DNA of 64,000 nucleotides from Eledone cirrhosa (Eukaryota). This document shows positions 62,641-64,000 of the stretch, in pieces; position 1 is the stretch's first letter; each line of letters starts with the position of its first letter. A model generated the notes under the pieces. The model saw only the letters and a list, made by a program, of their open reading frames with translations, ran no database searches and was not told the DNA's origin. The position numbers and the translations under genes are program-made. The DNA lies in assembly GCA_964016885.1 (NCBI GenBank), contig OZ024742.1:217124001-217188000 (forward strand), read 5' to 3'.

Positions 62641-63049
62641 GGTGCCAAGCTTTATCAGCCTTTCCCAACATCATATAGTATATGTATGTATGTGTGAGTA
62701 TATATATATATAGTGATATAATGTATGAGTTATGATGACATTGGTGCCAAGTTGTATCAGCCTTCGCCTTTCCCTTAGACAACATCAGTATCATGCAGAG
62801 AGAAGACTTGCATGTATGGAGGACTGCTGGTCTTCCACAAATCTTGTGCCTCAGAAAGGTGTCAGTCAGTCACTGGTCCAAAATACATGGCCAGTCATGA
62901 TCAAGCTTGAAGTGGGGAGGCTTTCCTTTTCCTTTTGTGATAATAATGATACCTTACTTAGATTGATAGATTTGAACTGGAGCCTAAACTGACAAATAAA
63001 TACTGTAAGTCATTTAGTCTGGCACTGTAACATGTTTACTATAATAACA

Positions 63050-63655
63050 GTTCTAGCATAGTCACAAGGCCAAACATTTCAAGAACGGGGTCAGTCAATT
63101 AAAGCAACACCAGTACTTGACTGGATCTTTATTTCATTAACACTAAAAATGATGGAAGGGCAAAACCAACCCTGAAGTGATAGGAATTTGCAGTATATAT
63201 ATTATTAATGATTATCAGATTAGACACAAAGCCACAAATTTTGGAAGAACCATTGAATTGATTCCAGTACTTGGCTGGAGCATATTTTATCAACCAACAG
63301 GATTTTAACTCAGAAGGTAAAGAGACAACCAAATATGCAAAAGATTTTATCCTTTACCTATACTATTTCTTCCAACCACCATCCTAATACTATTAATATA
63401 ATTGTTTCTACTTTTGGCACAAGGCCAGCAATTACCCAGTAGATTACTGGTACTTTATTTTATCGACCCCATAAGGATGAAAGGCAAAGTTAACCTCGGC
63501 GGGATTTAATAGCTTCTTAACTAGACACAAAATTAGAAATTTAGGGAGAGAGGTTAGTAGATGAAATTGGCCCCAGTATTTGACTGGTTTATTATTTTAC
63601 AATACCCAGAAAGATGAAAGGCAAGGCTGACCTTGGAAGGATCTGAACTTACAGT
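63050..63655 (-). mobile_element. Cluster of SINE copies of different ages
   Basis: 63403-63508 is a near-exact reverse complement of the 16345 SINE; neighbouring copies are more decayed. Confidence 0.75.
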
Positions 63656-64000
63656 GTATATATATATCACAAGCCAATTTGTTTGTCACTCTACCAATTA
63701 TGCCATCCAGCACCATATTTTCATACTTACTAATAACCAATTGTGTAAAAAAGTTTTCTTTTAACAAATACTACCTCAAAATAGTGAATAGCAAATCTAT
63801 TCAGGTTTTATGCTGCATCATTTTTTTGTGTATGTATGTATGTGTGTGTCAGTACATGTGTGTTATTGTTTTCATGATTATCCTCATTTTTACATCTGCT
63901 TTTCTATATTTGCTTGGGTTAGACAAAGCTTTTTCAGACAATTTTTCTATGGTTGGATACCCTTTCTGATGATAGCCCATACAGTTTTCTAAGTAAAAAT

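Overview
Repeat-saturated eukaryotic genomic DNA, most likely from an octopod cephalopod (inferred only from the abundant tRNA-derived SINEs). It is not prokaryotic, and no intact host protein-coding gene can be supported. Contents: decayed non-LTR retrotransposons of several clades (RTE, CRE, two R4/Dong-like, a full-length Tx1, a Penelope-like GIY-YIG remnant), an internally deleted Helitron, DNA-transposon MITEs, many SINEs, about 11 kb of G/T-rich tandem repeat (including an 8.5 kb 26-bp minisatellite with higher-order periods) and dense microsatellites. Most notable: (1) between 32 and 52 kb, short non-coding elements from several unrelated families sit in (TA)n/(CA)n tracts, carry type I hammerhead ribozymes and form fold-back inverted repeats with a ribozyme on each strand, with copy-specific inversion points; (2) two different R4/Dong-like elements are stacked in one (CATA)n tract; (3) a CRE element with an N-terminal PHD finger is enclosed by hAT-like terminal inverted repeats; (4) a Tx1 element sits in a ~70-bp minisatellite with a TSD and an inverted 5' junction; (5) a speculative chain of in-frame micro-exons on the + strand. 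All calls were made by eye and coordinates may be off by a few bases.
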